A stretch of DNA of 64,000 nt from a virus (Duplodnaviria > Caudoviricetes), in the IMG/VR virus record IMGVR_UViG_3300037067_006336, positions 32,001 through 96,000 of that record; one strand, written 5' to 3'. Positions 48,792-58,767 of the stretch are shown one piece after another. Made by a program: the position numbers and the translations under genes. Under the pieces are notes generated by a model, which was given only the letters and a program-made list of their open reading frames with translations, was not told the origin of the DNA and searched no databases. Position 1 is the first letter of the stretch, and each line of letters opens with the position of its first letter.

Positions 48792-50921
48792 ATGGCAACG
48801 ATTACACTCATATCAACAGGCACGTGGGATGCAACCAATACTACCATATGGTCTCCTGCACAAGTACCCACATCAAGTGATGATGTTATAATTGCTAGTG
48901 GATTTACTGTTAATTGTGCTTCAACCGGGTGTGTATGCAATAATATAACATATTCTGGCGGTCAAACGAATTTTAGTCCAATTAATGTGTACGGAAATGT
49001 TGTAGTTAATACGTCATATGCGCCAAGAATAATTGATTATTCAAATTTGATTCTAAATACGGCATCTAGTACGGTATCTTGTATGGATGTCGTACCTGCA
49101 AAAATAACTTCTAATGCTGTTGGGGTATCAGCAACTTCAAACATTTACTTATCGGCATTAGTTATAAATGCCTCATGTTCTTTCGTAAGCGGTAATTATG
49201 ATTTATCAAGCTCACATTTTTGCAATGTAGCGGCATCTGGAATACTGTCTATGAACCAAGGGAAAACTTTGACGCTGAATATTTCTGAATCATCTGTTAC
49301 TGACAGCGCATTAAGCAGCATTTCCTTAATGACTGGAGTAAATGTTATATTATATATGAAAGGCAATAACCTTTCATACGATTGTACGATAGGTGATCTT
49401 ACATTAACTACAACATCAGGTGTAAATGATAACATGCGCAGGTCAGTAAATATCGGCGGGAATAGTTCAAGCCTTACTGTTAACGGTACCGGTAACAGGG
49501 CTGTTAACATCCAATTAAAAAAAGATATCATAATATCAGGCAATATATCAATATCTTCATCGGATAATTCCAGGGTGTACGTCAAATCGTCAATATATGG
49601 TATTAATAGAATATTAACCTGTAATGGAATAGTTAGTATCGATAATACTATATTCATGGATATTACAGGTTCTGGTAGTGCTAATTGGAATTTATCATCT
49701 TCTAGTGACGTAGGTGATGGAGGAAATAATTCAGGCATCACATTCTCATCTGGTGTTAATAAATATTGGGTGGCATCTTCTGGTGGCAACTGGAATGATA
49801 GAAATAGCTGGTCATTAACTAGCAACGGTACTCCAGGAGCAAATATACCTTTACCTCAAGATTCTGAGATGTACGATCAATACTCTATAACATCTACAGG
49901 TAGGACGATTTCATTTAATGCTTTAAACCCTATACATGGCAATATAGTTAATGAAGGCTTGCTGAATTCACCAATCCTTCATTTAAATGGGCATCAATAT
50001 TTCCGTGAAGACGTAGACGTAAGTGGATTCGGATCAATGATCCATAATAACTATACCGTTTATTTCAGTAAGCTATTGAAAGGTCTGATGATATTTAAAG
50101 CAAATGATAATATTATTTTTTACAGCATTCAAACAATAGGGTCAAGGGTGTACAATTATGCCTTACAAATTGACTCGAATATAAATATGTCAGGAACTAT
50201 TTACGCCTCTGATTATTTAAGTATAAATATACAATCTTACAAGGTAAGGGCAAATGAGCTATATCATCTAAGATCAGTAATGGGAAATGGTGTTATAGAA
50301 ATCAATTCTTACATGTATCATGCTCCACACATGTATGTTGGCAATAATAATACATGGACGCTTAAATTATCAGGATCAACAATCACTGTGGATGTTATAT
50401 CCATCCCTACAACTAGTACGAATATACTAGGAAATCTTATAATAGACTGTAGCGCATCCTGCACATTTATTAATTTGAATACACAAAATCAGTCAAATAT
50501 ACTTAAATTCAACAACATAATATTCCAACAACCAGGGAAACCTTTTACATTTTATGGAGAGGGTGGAACTTACGGAAATCTAAGGATATCAGCTGAATCG
50601 GTAACCAATAACTCACCAGATGACAATCCTGTATCAATTACTGCAAGTAATGGGCAAGGTAAGTTCGATATAGGGACGGTAAGCCGTGATAACTCGCTGG
50701 TACTTGACCTTGGATACGCCAACTTGAATAATATTACATGCCCCACCAAGAACAGTTTGTATGCCATGGGTACGCATGTTAACACCAGTAACGTGTACAA
50801 CCATGAACCAAGGTTGTTGAAATTTAAGAAACCTTTCAATTCAAGGAGGTACCAGTTAGCTGGTAATATCGCTGGGTATACTTTCAATACCATAAAGAAA
50901 GTGCTGGGTGTAAATAACTAG
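48792..50921 (+). CDS. AT-rich adhesin-like beta-helical protein (putative receptor-binding)
   Basis: N/S/I-rich; twice G.W....W....P...D (GTWDATNTTIWSPAQVPTSSDD; GGNWNDRNSWSLTSNG.PGA.IP.PQD). Confidence 0.6.
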   Translation: MATITLISTGTWDATNTTIWSPAQVPTSSDDVIIASGFTVNCASTGCVCNNITYSGGQTNFSPINVYGNVVVNTSYAPRIIDYSNLILNTASSTVSCMDVVPAKITSNAVGVSATSNIYLSALVINASCSFVSGNYDLSSSHFCNVAASGILSMNQGKTLTLNISESSVTDSALSSISLMTGVNVILYMKGNNLSYDCTIGDLTLTTTSGVNDNMRRSVNIGGNSSSLTVNGTGNRAVNIQLKKDIIISGNISISSSDNSRVYVKSSIYGINRILTCNGIVSIDNTIFMDITGSGSANWNLSSSSDVGDGGNNSGITFSSGVNKYWVASSGGNWNDRNSWSLTSNGTPGANIPLPQDSEMYDQYSITSTGRTISFNALNPIHGNIVNEGLLNSPILHLNGHQYFREDVDVSGFGSMIHNNYTVYFSKLLKGLMIFKANDNIIFYSIQTIGSRVYNYALQIDSNINMSGTIYASDYLSINIQSYKVRANELYHLRSVMGNGVIEINSYMYHAPHMYVGNNNTWTLKLSGSTITVDVISIPTTSTNILGNLIIDCSASCTFINLNTQNQSNILKFNNIIFQQPGKPFTFYGEGGTYGNLRISAESVTNNSPDDNPVSITASNGQGKFDIGTVSRDNSLVLDLGYANLNNITCPTKNSLYAMGTHVNTSNVYNHEPRLLKFKKPFNSRRYQLAGNIAGYTFNTIKKVLGVNN

Positions 50922-50954
50922 TTTGACTGGTGGAAAATCTTCCCGTCAAATTTT
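50922..50954 (+). terminator. possible terminator after the fibre cluster
   Basis: TTTGAC...GTCAAA imperfect stem followed by TTTT. Confidence 0.35.
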
Positions 50955-50969
50955 AACAATAACATTGAT

Positions 50970-51608
50970 ATGCATAAGTTACGTTGTCCCTTACATATGC
51001 TCACCGGACTGGTGGTTGAATCTGGTGCTGCCGTTTACCACAAGTTGTACGATAACTACAACAAGTGCCAGCAGATGATAATATCCATGGATTACTACAA
51101 GGACGAGACATGTATACCCCTTGACGTTATGGGCAGGGAGGGAAAGGAGAAATTGAAGGACGTGTTCGTGGAGAATTGTCCTTACAATATATTCGAGACG
51201 GTGCGTTACATGACTCTTGATGAAATAAGGTTCAAGAACCTTAACAAGATAGGTCACGACCATGTTCATGATTTACTATCCAGTATATTCGGGTACTGGA
51301 ACGTCGAGGACCTGGAGTACGGTTTATACATGGAATCTTCATACGGGGAAATACTCGATTTCAACCAGGAGGTTAAGATGTTCGACATACCATTTGGTTA
51401 CCATGTTTTAAGGATACTTGTAACCAATGATACGCTGGATAATGTAATGGTTAACGTGGGAAGTGGTAGTTTGTTGACCGACGTGATACAGGAACACGTT
51501 TTAGCACCAGGGGAAAGTATAGATGAGAGGATAGAGATAACGGGTATGGTATCGATGTACATCAATCACCCATTGTCATGGAAGGCCAAATTTGACATGA
51601 AGATATAA
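50970..51608 (+). CDS. hypothetical protein
   Basis: 212-aa ORF. Confidence 0.65.
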   Translation: MHKLRCPLHMLTGLVVESGAAVYHKLYDNYNKCQQMIISMDYYKDETCIPLDVMGREGKEKLKDVFVENCPYNIFETVRYMTLDEIRFKNLNKIGHDHVHDLLSSIFGYWNVEDLEYGLYMESSYGEILDFNQEVKMFDIPFGYHVLRILVTNDTLDNVMVNVGSGSLLTDVIQEHVLAPGESIDERIEITGMVSMYINHPLSWKAKFDMKI

Positions 51609-51612
51609 CCAT

Positions 51613-51858
51613 ATGACAGCTTCAAAAAGATACAACACGGTGCCACAATTACCGGTTTTACCCGGGGTTACACAAGCATCGGTTCCACCGGTATCACACA
51701 TTTCGATATATTCCAGGGATTCTAAATTTTATTTTCTTGGTGCTGATGGATCTGAGGTGATGCTGGATTTCCCCGAGGTTGTTGACATAACGGTACTACA
51801 GGCGAAGTTCGGTAACCATACCCCCGGGAGATACCTACTTGCTGGTGGTAACTGGTAA
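51613..51858 (+). CDS. hypothetical protein
   Basis: 81-aa ORF; IYSRDSKFYFLGADGSE resembles fibre-type modules. Confidence 0.55.
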   Translation: MTASKRYNTVPQLPVLPGVTQASVPPVSHISIYSRDSKFYFLGADGSEVMLDFPEVVDITVLQAKFGNHTPGRYLLAGGNW

Positions 51859-51868
51859 CGCGTCAAAC

Positions 51869-52093
51869 ATGGAAGGAGCGAATAATATTGCCAAGGGGTT
51901 ATTGAGTACACCGGCGGCCGAGATAAGCTCGTACCGTGATGGTGATTGTCATGTCCTGGTAGATGCTATTACATCGATGACAGGGGTAACATGGATGGAT
52001 TCCGTGATACCATCCAGCAGTACCAGTATACGGGAGTACATGGTAACCAAGCTAGGGGATTATATCATCGGTACTACCGAGGTTGGGTTGTGA
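51869..52093 (+). CDS. hypothetical protein
   Basis: Likely start ATG 51869. Confidence 0.5.
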   Translation: MEGANNIAKGLLSTPAAEISSYRDGDCHVLVDAITSMTGVTWMDSVIPSSSTSIREYMVTKLGDYIIGTTEVGL

Positions 52094-52134
52094 TGTTAGG
52101 CAGGATATGTTAAATAATATTAAATTAAATAAAC

Positions 52135-52428
52135 ATGGTAAGGGCATTGATGAATATACTTGGTTACGTCAGGGTCACCAGTATAATAGGGGGTAAAACA
52201 TTACTATTGTACTCCCCAGACACCAGGATTAAAATGAAGGCTAATAACCGTGTAGGTCGTATAGCATCAGTTGTTATCGAGAACACTGCCGATTCACCCG
52301 TGGTAAGGTACCAGGTGGAATACTGGGATGAAGGAACTAATAATTTCGTTAACAACACTGTTTACGAGTGCGAGATGATAGTGTTGGATAATAAGGTATC
52401 ATCATCAAGGAAAATAGGTTTCCAGTAA
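52135..52428 (+). CDS. hypothetical protein
   Basis: 97 aa, C-terminal RKIGF; TAAATA box upstream. Confidence 0.6.
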   Translation: MVRALMNILGYVRVTSIIGGKTLLLYSPDTRIKMKANNRVGRIASVVIENTADSPVVRYQVEYWDEGTNNFVNNTVYECEMIVLDNKVSSSRKIGFQ

Positions 52429-52480
52429 CGACCTTATCATGATGTCAGTTATCAATACCCCATTGTCAAGAATCACAGGA

Positions 52481-52488
52481 TATAAATA
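52481..52488 (+). promoter_or_regulatory. T4-type late promoter TATAAATA upstream of SSB
   Basis: Exact consensus, followed by an unstructured leader with AATCAATTTCAA repeated. Confidence 0.55.
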
Positions 52489-52538
52489 ATTCAATTAATC
52501 CATAATCAATTTCAATTAATATCTAATCAATTTCAACC

Positions 52539-53702
52539 ATGAGTTCTAAAGATTTGTTAAAGCAGTCCTTGTTAACGTCACAAGTTGTTGACGATGGCAA
52601 GAAAATCGCCGTGAAAGCGGATGACATCCAACAAGGTTCAAGTATCGACTGGGACAAGATTTACTTCGAGCCACAGCCAGGTAACACGTACCTTGTCAAG
52701 TTGCTCCCGGTAGCGGAGGCAGAGTTACCCACGACTACTAACATAGAGAACAGGCGTTCTTACAAGAAATTACCCGATCCAGAAAGAAGGGGTAAGAACT
52801 TGATGTACATCTCATCCAACGTTAGTAACACTTGTGCAGCACTTGAGACGTTCTTTAGCTTGAACGACCTGAAGAAATCAGGGGATGTTCTAGCGGAGAA
52901 GAAAATCAAGACATACATGAGTAGTTCTACGGAAAATTGCGTCAAGATTCAAGTACTTGATTCTCCTAAACGCGAGGAAATAGGCATCATCCGGTTAATG
53001 AAATTCCAGGCTGGTGGACAGAATGCAACCTTTACAAACATGATCGACGCGAAGTTAAACCCTAGCGAGGCCAAGAAGAAAAATGGTGATATTAGAGAGG
53101 ACTTGTTCAATATCTTCGGTTCATCAATCCTTTGTATCGAGTGCAAGAAGGCAGTTATCGACGGTGAGGAGGTACGGGATTTCACGGCATCATCATGGCT
53201 TGATAAGGCTAACCAGGTAAAGGGTGCAATAGGTATCACCAAGGACGGTAAAACACACCAGTTCAGTACTGCTGACCTCGTTAAAGGTGAATTGAAACCA
53301 GAGGTTATGCCATTCTTCGAGGCATTCTTCGAACAGTTGACCGACCCTGCTATCAGCATGTTCCGGTTCTTCTGTTACAAACCTATTGATCATCCTTCAA
53401 ACGATGAGGAAACCGTGAAATACCTCACGAAGAATCACGAGAAAGTTGCAAGGGTATGCAAGATCATACTTGATGCCAAAAATATCGAGGAAATCGCAAC
53501 ATCTTGCAAGTCTGACGCTAGCCCTGATGCTAGAAGCGAGAAGCAAGTCAAGAACGAGTCAGGTAAGAACGTGATTACCGACAATGTCCCAGACGAGTTG
53601 AAAGGATCTATCGTGGACAGTACCACTAATACCAAGGAAACATCCAAGAAAGATGATTCAGTTGCAGGTTCAGACCCGGCAGCCGATATCCTGAATTCTT
53701 AA
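52539..53702 (+). CDS. single-stranded DNA-binding protein (gp32-like)
   Basis: IYFEP..GNTYLVKLLP, C...ETFF, IQVLD.P, G.IRLMKF, EDLFNIFG, DFTASSW; flexible tail; terminator downstream. Confidence 0.7.
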   Translation: MSSKDLLKQSLLTSQVVDDGKKIAVKADDIQQGSSIDWDKIYFEPQPGNTYLVKLLPVAEAELPTTTNIENRRSYKKLPDPERRGKNLMYISSNVSNTCAALETFFSLNDLKKSGDVLAEKKIKTYMSSSTENCVKIQVLDSPKREEIGIIRLMKFQAGGQNATFTNMIDAKLNPSEAKKKNGDIREDLFNIFGSSILCIECKKAVIDGEEVRDFTASSWLDKANQVKGAIGITKDGKTHQFSTADLVKGELKPEVMPFFEAFFEQLTDPAISMFRFFCYKPIDHPSNDEETVKYLTKNHEKVARVCKIILDAKNIEEIATSCKSDASPDARSEKQVKNESGKNVITDNVPDELKGSIVDSTTNTKETSKKDDSVAGSDPAADILNS

Positions 53703-53705
53703 ATA

Positions 53706-53741
53706 GGGGGAGGGGACGTGATACTACGTCCCTTTCCCTTT
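53706..53741 (+). terminator. intrinsic terminator
   Basis: GGGAGGGGACGT-GATACT-ACGTCCCTTTCCC-TTT. Confidence 0.7.
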
Positions 53742-53762
53742 AAATAAAAATACGAAAACATC

Positions 53763-55325
53763 ATGAAATTCACGTTCGCCCAGGGTAAGGTAAAGGGGAG
53801 GGATTTCGTCGGTATATCCGGTATGAAGACAAGGGAAGACTTCGAGATGCACGACATCATCAAGAAAACCCTGTCAAGGACAGAGTACATGCCGTTCGTA
53901 CAGGGGTTCAACAAGAACGTTCACGAGTCGTACATGTTTTACCAGGATACCGTGTTCCCGTTACAGTTCTGGCAGGATGTAAAAGATAACCTGGTTAAAT
54001 TAGGTCACAAGGTAAATTTCGAGAACGAGAACGATTATCTAGCTAATTTCAATGATATTTCAAGGGAAGATTTCAACGAGTGGTTACAATCTAAACGATT
54101 CCCTGAAGATATAGACACCGTTTCAGAAGAATACAAGTTCCAGAGGGACTCGGTGTATAAAATACTGGTGGAGAAAACAGGTCACGCCAACATCTCGATG
54201 AGTGGTGGCAAGACATTCATAATATACTTGTTCACACGTTACCTGAAGGATCACTATATGTTACCACCAGGAAAACAAGTACTGCTGGTACTTCCTGACA
54301 AGGGGCTCGTGAAACAAACTAAAAACGAGTTCGACAAGTTTGACACGTTTGAAACGGGAGATAAGATAAAGGTGTCAAGCGTGTTCTCCGGTTCCAAACA
54401 AGTAAGTGGTGCCGATATAGTTGCAGGGACGTTCCAATCGCTCGGGAACTACGAGGAGGATTTCTTCGACAACATCCACGCGATGATATGTGACGAGATG
54501 CACCGGGCGAAGATGTTCACCATACGCAACGAGATTTATTCCAAGATAAGGAACGCTGGTTATTTCTTCGGGTTGACTGGAACAGTACCGAGGTATAATA
54601 CCATAGATTACCTGCATACAACCGCGATGTTCGGGAGAGAACTAGTCAAGGTAACAACCCGGCAGTTGATAGATATGAAACTAGCCACACCGGTTAATGT
54701 CAGGATACTATCATTGCAGTATGATGAGGATAGCAAGTTGTTCTCCAGGAGATTGAAGGAAAAAGGACTAACCGGCAACTTGAAATACATAGAGGAATGT
54801 GGTTTCTTCAGGTCAAATGAATCAAGGATACGAGTTATAGCTAAGCTCATGAATTCAGAAGAGTTCAAGTACAACACATTGATAGTGGCGAACTCGGTAT
54901 CATACCTTTACAGGATAAAAGAAATACTGGATGAATATTGCCCGTTATGGACCATAAAGATAATACACGGGTCACACGAAGAATACGGTGAGGTGAAAAA
55001 CAGGTTGGATATAATAGAGGAAATGAAGGTAAATGACGGTCATTTCTGCATAGTTGCCACTACACAAACGATGGGAACAGGTGTATCGATAAAGAACCTG
55101 GAGAATATTTACATGCCTGATGGTGGTAAATCAGAGAACAATGTCAGGCAGGTATTCGGAAGAGGTATGCGTTTATTACCACGCAAGAAAGATTGTAACC
55201 TGTTCGATTTCCGGGATGAGATACCCGGGTCATCGTTCTTGCAACACTCGATAGAACGAGAGAAGATTTACAAGGAACAAGACATACCTTACAAGCACTT
55301 GAAGGTTGATCTCTCAAGGTTTTAA
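53763..55325 (+). CDS. uvsW: SF2 DNA helicase (UvsW-like)
   Basis: SGGKT, GTFQSL, DEMH, GLTGT, GTGVSIKNL, QVFGRGMR. Confidence 0.85.
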   Translation: MKFTFAQGKVKGRDFVGISGMKTREDFEMHDIIKKTLSRTEYMPFVQGFNKNVHESYMFYQDTVFPLQFWQDVKDNLVKLGHKVNFENENDYLANFNDISREDFNEWLQSKRFPEDIDTVSEEYKFQRDSVYKILVEKTGHANISMSGGKTFIIYLFTRYLKDHYMLPPGKQVLLVLPDKGLVKQTKNEFDKFDTFETGDKIKVSSVFSGSKQVSGADIVAGTFQSLGNYEEDFFDNIHAMICDEMHRAKMFTIRNEIYSKIRNAGYFFGLTGTVPRYNTIDYLHTTAMFGRELVKVTTRQLIDMKLATPVNVRILSLQYDEDSKLFSRRLKEKGLTGNLKYIEECGFFRSNESRIRVIAKLMNSEEFKYNTLIVANSVSYLYRIKEILDEYCPLWTIKIIHGSHEEYGEVKNRLDIIEEMKVNDGHFCIVATTQTMGTGVSIKNLENIYMPDGGKSENNVRQVFGRGMRLLPRKKDCNLFDFRDEIPGSSFLQHSIEREKIYKEQDIPYKHLKVDLSRF

Positions 55326-55360
55326 AACGATATTAAGTAAATAAATTTAAATAATCCTTT

Positions 55361-55843
55361 ATGGATGATAACCAGCAAACATCAGAACACGTTGTTGAAA
55401 CAGGGATGGTAGATGGCATTTACGTGAAGTTATCAAGCCAGGAGAACTCATCTAATTTCGACGTTAATACATTGTTATTATCGGCACATGAATCAGTGAA
55501 ACGAAACGTTCACGGGGTTTTGAAAAGCGTTGAAACCAAGGTACTGCTTAATGATGTCACCACGCTTAACAACGTGCTTGTTGCATCTTACAAGGATTTC
55601 AAGCATAAGACAGGTTTCAACAACCTGGCTATCGTTTTCACCGCGTATTGTGATTATTTCGGGACAGATTACCACGATACTTACACCCGGTTGCACGATA
55701 AGATGAAGGAAGAGATAAAACGTACATCGGTCACCGTACTGGGACATGATGTCATGGATAACATGAACCGGCTTCACGGGGAAAAGAAAGAAATACCCAC
55801 GCTAGCGGAATTACTCAAGATAAAGAGGGAAAAACACAAGTAA
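55361..55843 (+). CDS. hypothetical protein
   Basis: 160-aa ORF. Confidence 0.65.
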   Translation: MDDNQQTSEHVVETGMVDGIYVKLSSQENSSNFDVNTLLLSAHESVKRNVHGVLKSVETKVLLNDVTTLNNVLVASYKDFKHKTGFNNLAIVFTAYCDYFGTDYHDTYTRLHDKMKEEIKRTSVTVLGHDVMDNMNRLHGEKKEIPTLAELLKIKREKHK

Positions 55844-55846
55844 GGC

Positions 55847-56545
55847 ATGATACAACCTGGCATAAAGTACGATTTCAAGCAATTGCTAACAGCATTGACA
55901 GCAATAGTGGCGGACATGGAGTTGAAGTTACAATCAATCATGGTCGATCTACCGGTATTCGTCCTGCAAACAGGTGACACATCGTACTGGATGACCAAGA
56001 AATTCGAGAAGATCGAGATTAGTGATGCTTCCAGGGAGATATACAACAAGACACCCAGGTTTATCATAACCGTGGGTGATTTCGACATAGCACTTGACCA
56101 GTTATCGAGCAAGTACAACAAGCTTACATACAAGTACTCTAACAGTGTTTACATGACAAGTTTCAGGCGTATGCCGTTCACGGTGATACTACAAACATCG
56201 TTAGTTTGCCCCAACTTCATAGATTACCTGGAGAACATGATGGTGCTGAACTCCCTGTTTTACTCCAGGGAGAATTACCTGACGTACGAGTTCGGGGGTA
56301 GCACGTATGATACCTCGTACAACTACCAGAACCCGGGGAAATCCGAACCGGACATGAACGCCGGTAGCACCAGGAACTTCACGATCAACACGTCTTTCGA
56401 GTGCAAGGTTCACGTGTCCACACCCAGGGTTGAAACCATTAAACTACTCGATACAAGCGGTGACTCGGTTGTGTTTGATGTAACGGAAAAAGACGGGGAA
56501 GATAACTCGCTAGATATGACGTACCAGGTTGATTCCAGCTTGTAA
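55847..56545 (+). CDS. tail terminator/sheath stabiliser (gp15-like)
   Basis: TPRFII....D......L, RMPF.V...., D.LE....L..FY, then a TSFE strand, matching the gp15-type order. Confidence 0.55.
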   Translation: MIQPGIKYDFKQLLTALTAIVADMELKLQSIMVDLPVFVLQTGDTSYWMTKKFEKIEISDASREIYNKTPRFIITVGDFDIALDQLSSKYNKLTYKYSNSVYMTSFRRMPFTVILQTSLVCPNFIDYLENMMVLNSLFYSRENYLTYEFGGSTYDTSYNYQNPGKSEPDMNAGSTRNFTINTSFECKVHVSTPRVETIKLLDTSGDSVVFDVTEKDGEDNSLDMTYQVDSSL

Positions 56546-56563
56546 AACAGATATTATTAAATC

Positions 56564-57136
56564 ATGATACATAATTACATGTCAAATGTTTACGCGTACC
56601 TTGAACGATTCAGGGACGTGCGTTTCTTCACGAAGAAAAAAGCCATCATTCATTTCTTTTTATCACCTTGGTTCGTTTTACTGGAGTCAGTTGTTTACCG
56701 TTACTACTGGAAGAATCTAATAATAACCGAGCTGTTAACGTCGGACCCCATAGTTGAATTCTTGGACAAGAACGAGTTCGAGTACAAGGGTAACAAGTTA
56801 ATCAAGATAGACCTGTTATCATCGAACGAGTTTTACAACAGGACGAAATTAAGGGAGGCAGAGGATATAATATGGAAGGATTTCAAGGATGCATTGATGA
56901 ACCTCCTACCAGGTAACGTTTCATTCAACGTGGAGGATTACATCACCTTGCTCGTTACATGTGATACCAGGAGTATAAGAAGCGGAAACGAGATAGCATC
57001 ATCAAAGATTTACACGGTCGAGATATACTTCTGCCGTTTACCATTCTACAAGGAGACCATGAAGAAGTTTAAATCATGGGTATTGATGGTGACCATCATG
57101 ATAGGAATACTCCTAGTTGCAGGATATATTTTTTAA
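56564..57136 (+). CDS. membrane protein
   Basis: N- and C-terminal hydrophobic segments. Confidence 0.6.
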   Translation: MIHNYMSNVYAYLERFRDVRFFTKKKAIIHFFLSPWFVLLESVVYRYYWKNLIITELLTSDPIVEFLDKNEFEYKGNKLIKIDLLSSNEFYNRTKLREAEDIIWKDFKDALMNLLPGNVSFNVEDYITLLVTCDTRSIRSGNEIASSKIYTVEIYFCRLPFYKETMKKFKSWVLMVTIMIGILLVAGYIF

Positions 57137-57158
57137 CCAATCATAATTTAATATAATC

Positions 57159-58718
57159 ATGGAAAACATCGAGAAAAAATCTCTCGTGGACCTAGTTCAG
57201 GAAATATCCCACGAGTACCTTGAGGAACCTGGAAAGGTCACTGAAATACTGGGGATGACCAGGGCTGAAAACGACAGTACGCCTTTGAGTGTTGAGGCTT
57301 ACAAGGCAATAGGAGCGTTAACATACCTGATAGGGAAGGATTTCACCTCGTCTCCCTACCCCACGGAAAAGGTGTTGACAAGGTGGCGTGAACGTTTCAA
57401 CGGCATAAATAAACAGGTATTTGATAACGTACTTTCATACATCATGACAGGTGTCATCACGGACACCAGGTTACGGGACGCCAAGGAATCGATGCATTGT
57501 CAACTTGACAAGACATGGGTTATTACCCCTGTTATCATGAACGAGTTACGTAGACATGTTGCAACCATATTCCGGGACTCTGAACTAGCCTCTAATTACG
57601 CGGTTCCGGTTAAGGAAATAATGCAGTTGAAGGAGTACACGTATTCAGACATATTGAAGATCAACTCGTTATTCATGAATAACATCGAGTTCAAGAGTAA
57701 CGCCATGAAATCTTACATCAAGCTTTACAGTGCAAAAGACTGGACAGATGCCTTGAACAAGGGGGTTAAACTTGCTGATGAGCGCAAGTTATCAGTGTTA
57801 TTACAAGACGCGATACTAACCTTCCAGTACCACGTTACCCGTTACCAGGAGTTTTACAAGATCACCGGGGTAGGTGAAATAATTAACAACATGTTCGACA
57901 TCGTGTTTGATGCTAACCTGCCTCTTGATGAACTAAACGTTCTTGAAGGAAAATTGAAGGAACTATACGACGTGCATGTTTCAAGTAACCCGGAACCCGT
58001 GGTAATGAAAGTTAACAAGGAAGATTCCATCACGGAAAAGATAGATAGTTCCAGGGAAGATAACCCATCTGGGTTCATTTACCTCACTATTGCCGATGCC
58101 AATGATCTTTCAACAGGTGAGTTGAACACCCCTGAATGCCTTAGATCAGCACTAGGTAACCTGCTAGGTGACGCTGCTTACACATCTAACCTGTACGAGT
58201 ACGTGGTAAGGAACACGAACAGCAACAAGTTCGGTGACATAAAATCAATCAGCGGCAACATGAACATGGATGACTTCAAGGAAACCTTGAATAACATCAT
58301 GGAGGAACGCAAGAAAATCTACCAGGATAATATCAAGTTCATTTGTAACAAGATAGACCCTGCAATAGAGAACAGGTTGAAAACATTGCTGACAAGCGTT
58401 ATAACCGATGCTATAACCAGTACCCCCGAACAGAAATCGGTAATAGCATCGTACCTTACCGGGATGCAGGTACAAACCTACCTTCATGTTCACCAGTTGA
58501 TAGCGGTTATCGAGAACTGTCGCACGTCCAACTACCAGTCGTACGCTGCCCTGTACGATTACCTTAATACCAATGATACAATGAAGAGGGTCTCAGAAAT
58601 TGCGGTTGAATCTAACAACATGTCCACAGGGATATCCTTGATATCTGCTATCTTGAAATTCATCGAGAAGGCCGAAGCACCAGTTGTGGTTGAAGATGTT
58701 GCAATAACTAATGAATAA
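57159..58718 (+). CDS. hypothetical protein
   Basis: 519-aa helical ORF. Confidence 0.7.
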   Translation: MENIEKKSLVDLVQEISHEYLEEPGKVTEILGMTRAENDSTPLSVEAYKAIGALTYLIGKDFTSSPYPTEKVLTRWRERFNGINKQVFDNVLSYIMTGVITDTRLRDAKESMHCQLDKTWVITPVIMNELRRHVATIFRDSELASNYAVPVKEIMQLKEYTYSDILKINSLFMNNIEFKSNAMKSYIKLYSAKDWTDALNKGVKLADERKLSVLLQDAILTFQYHVTRYQEFYKITGVGEIINNMFDIVFDANLPLDELNVLEGKLKELYDVHVSSNPEPVVMKVNKEDSITEKIDSSREDNPSGFIYLTIADANDLSTGELNTPECLRSALGNLLGDAAYTSNLYEYVVRNTNSNKFGDIKSISGNMNMDDFKETLNNIMEERKKIYQDNIKFICNKIDPAIENRLKTLLTSVITDAITSTPEQKSVIASYLTGMQVQTYLHVHQLIAVIENCRTSNYQSYAALYDYLNTNDTMKRVSEIAVESNNMSTGISLISAILKFIEKAEAPVVVEDVAITNE

Positions 58719-58723
58719 TTAAT

Positions 58724-58752
58724 GGGGGAGGTGGTTTTAAACCCCTCCCCTT
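58724..58752 (+). terminator. intergenic hairpin (terminator-like)
   Basis: GGGGAGG...CCTCCCC stem with a poor U-tract. Confidence 0.45.
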
Positions 58753-58767
58753 CCAAAAACTAGGAAA

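Noticed and set aside
40395-50921. Diversity-generating retroelement acting on fibre genes
   Set aside because: No reverse transcriptase and no adenine-variant TR/VR repeat pair were seen in the window.
51613-52093. Programmed frameshift joining two small ORFs
   Set aside because: No slippery site is seen, and the second ORF has its own ATG 10 nt after the first stop.
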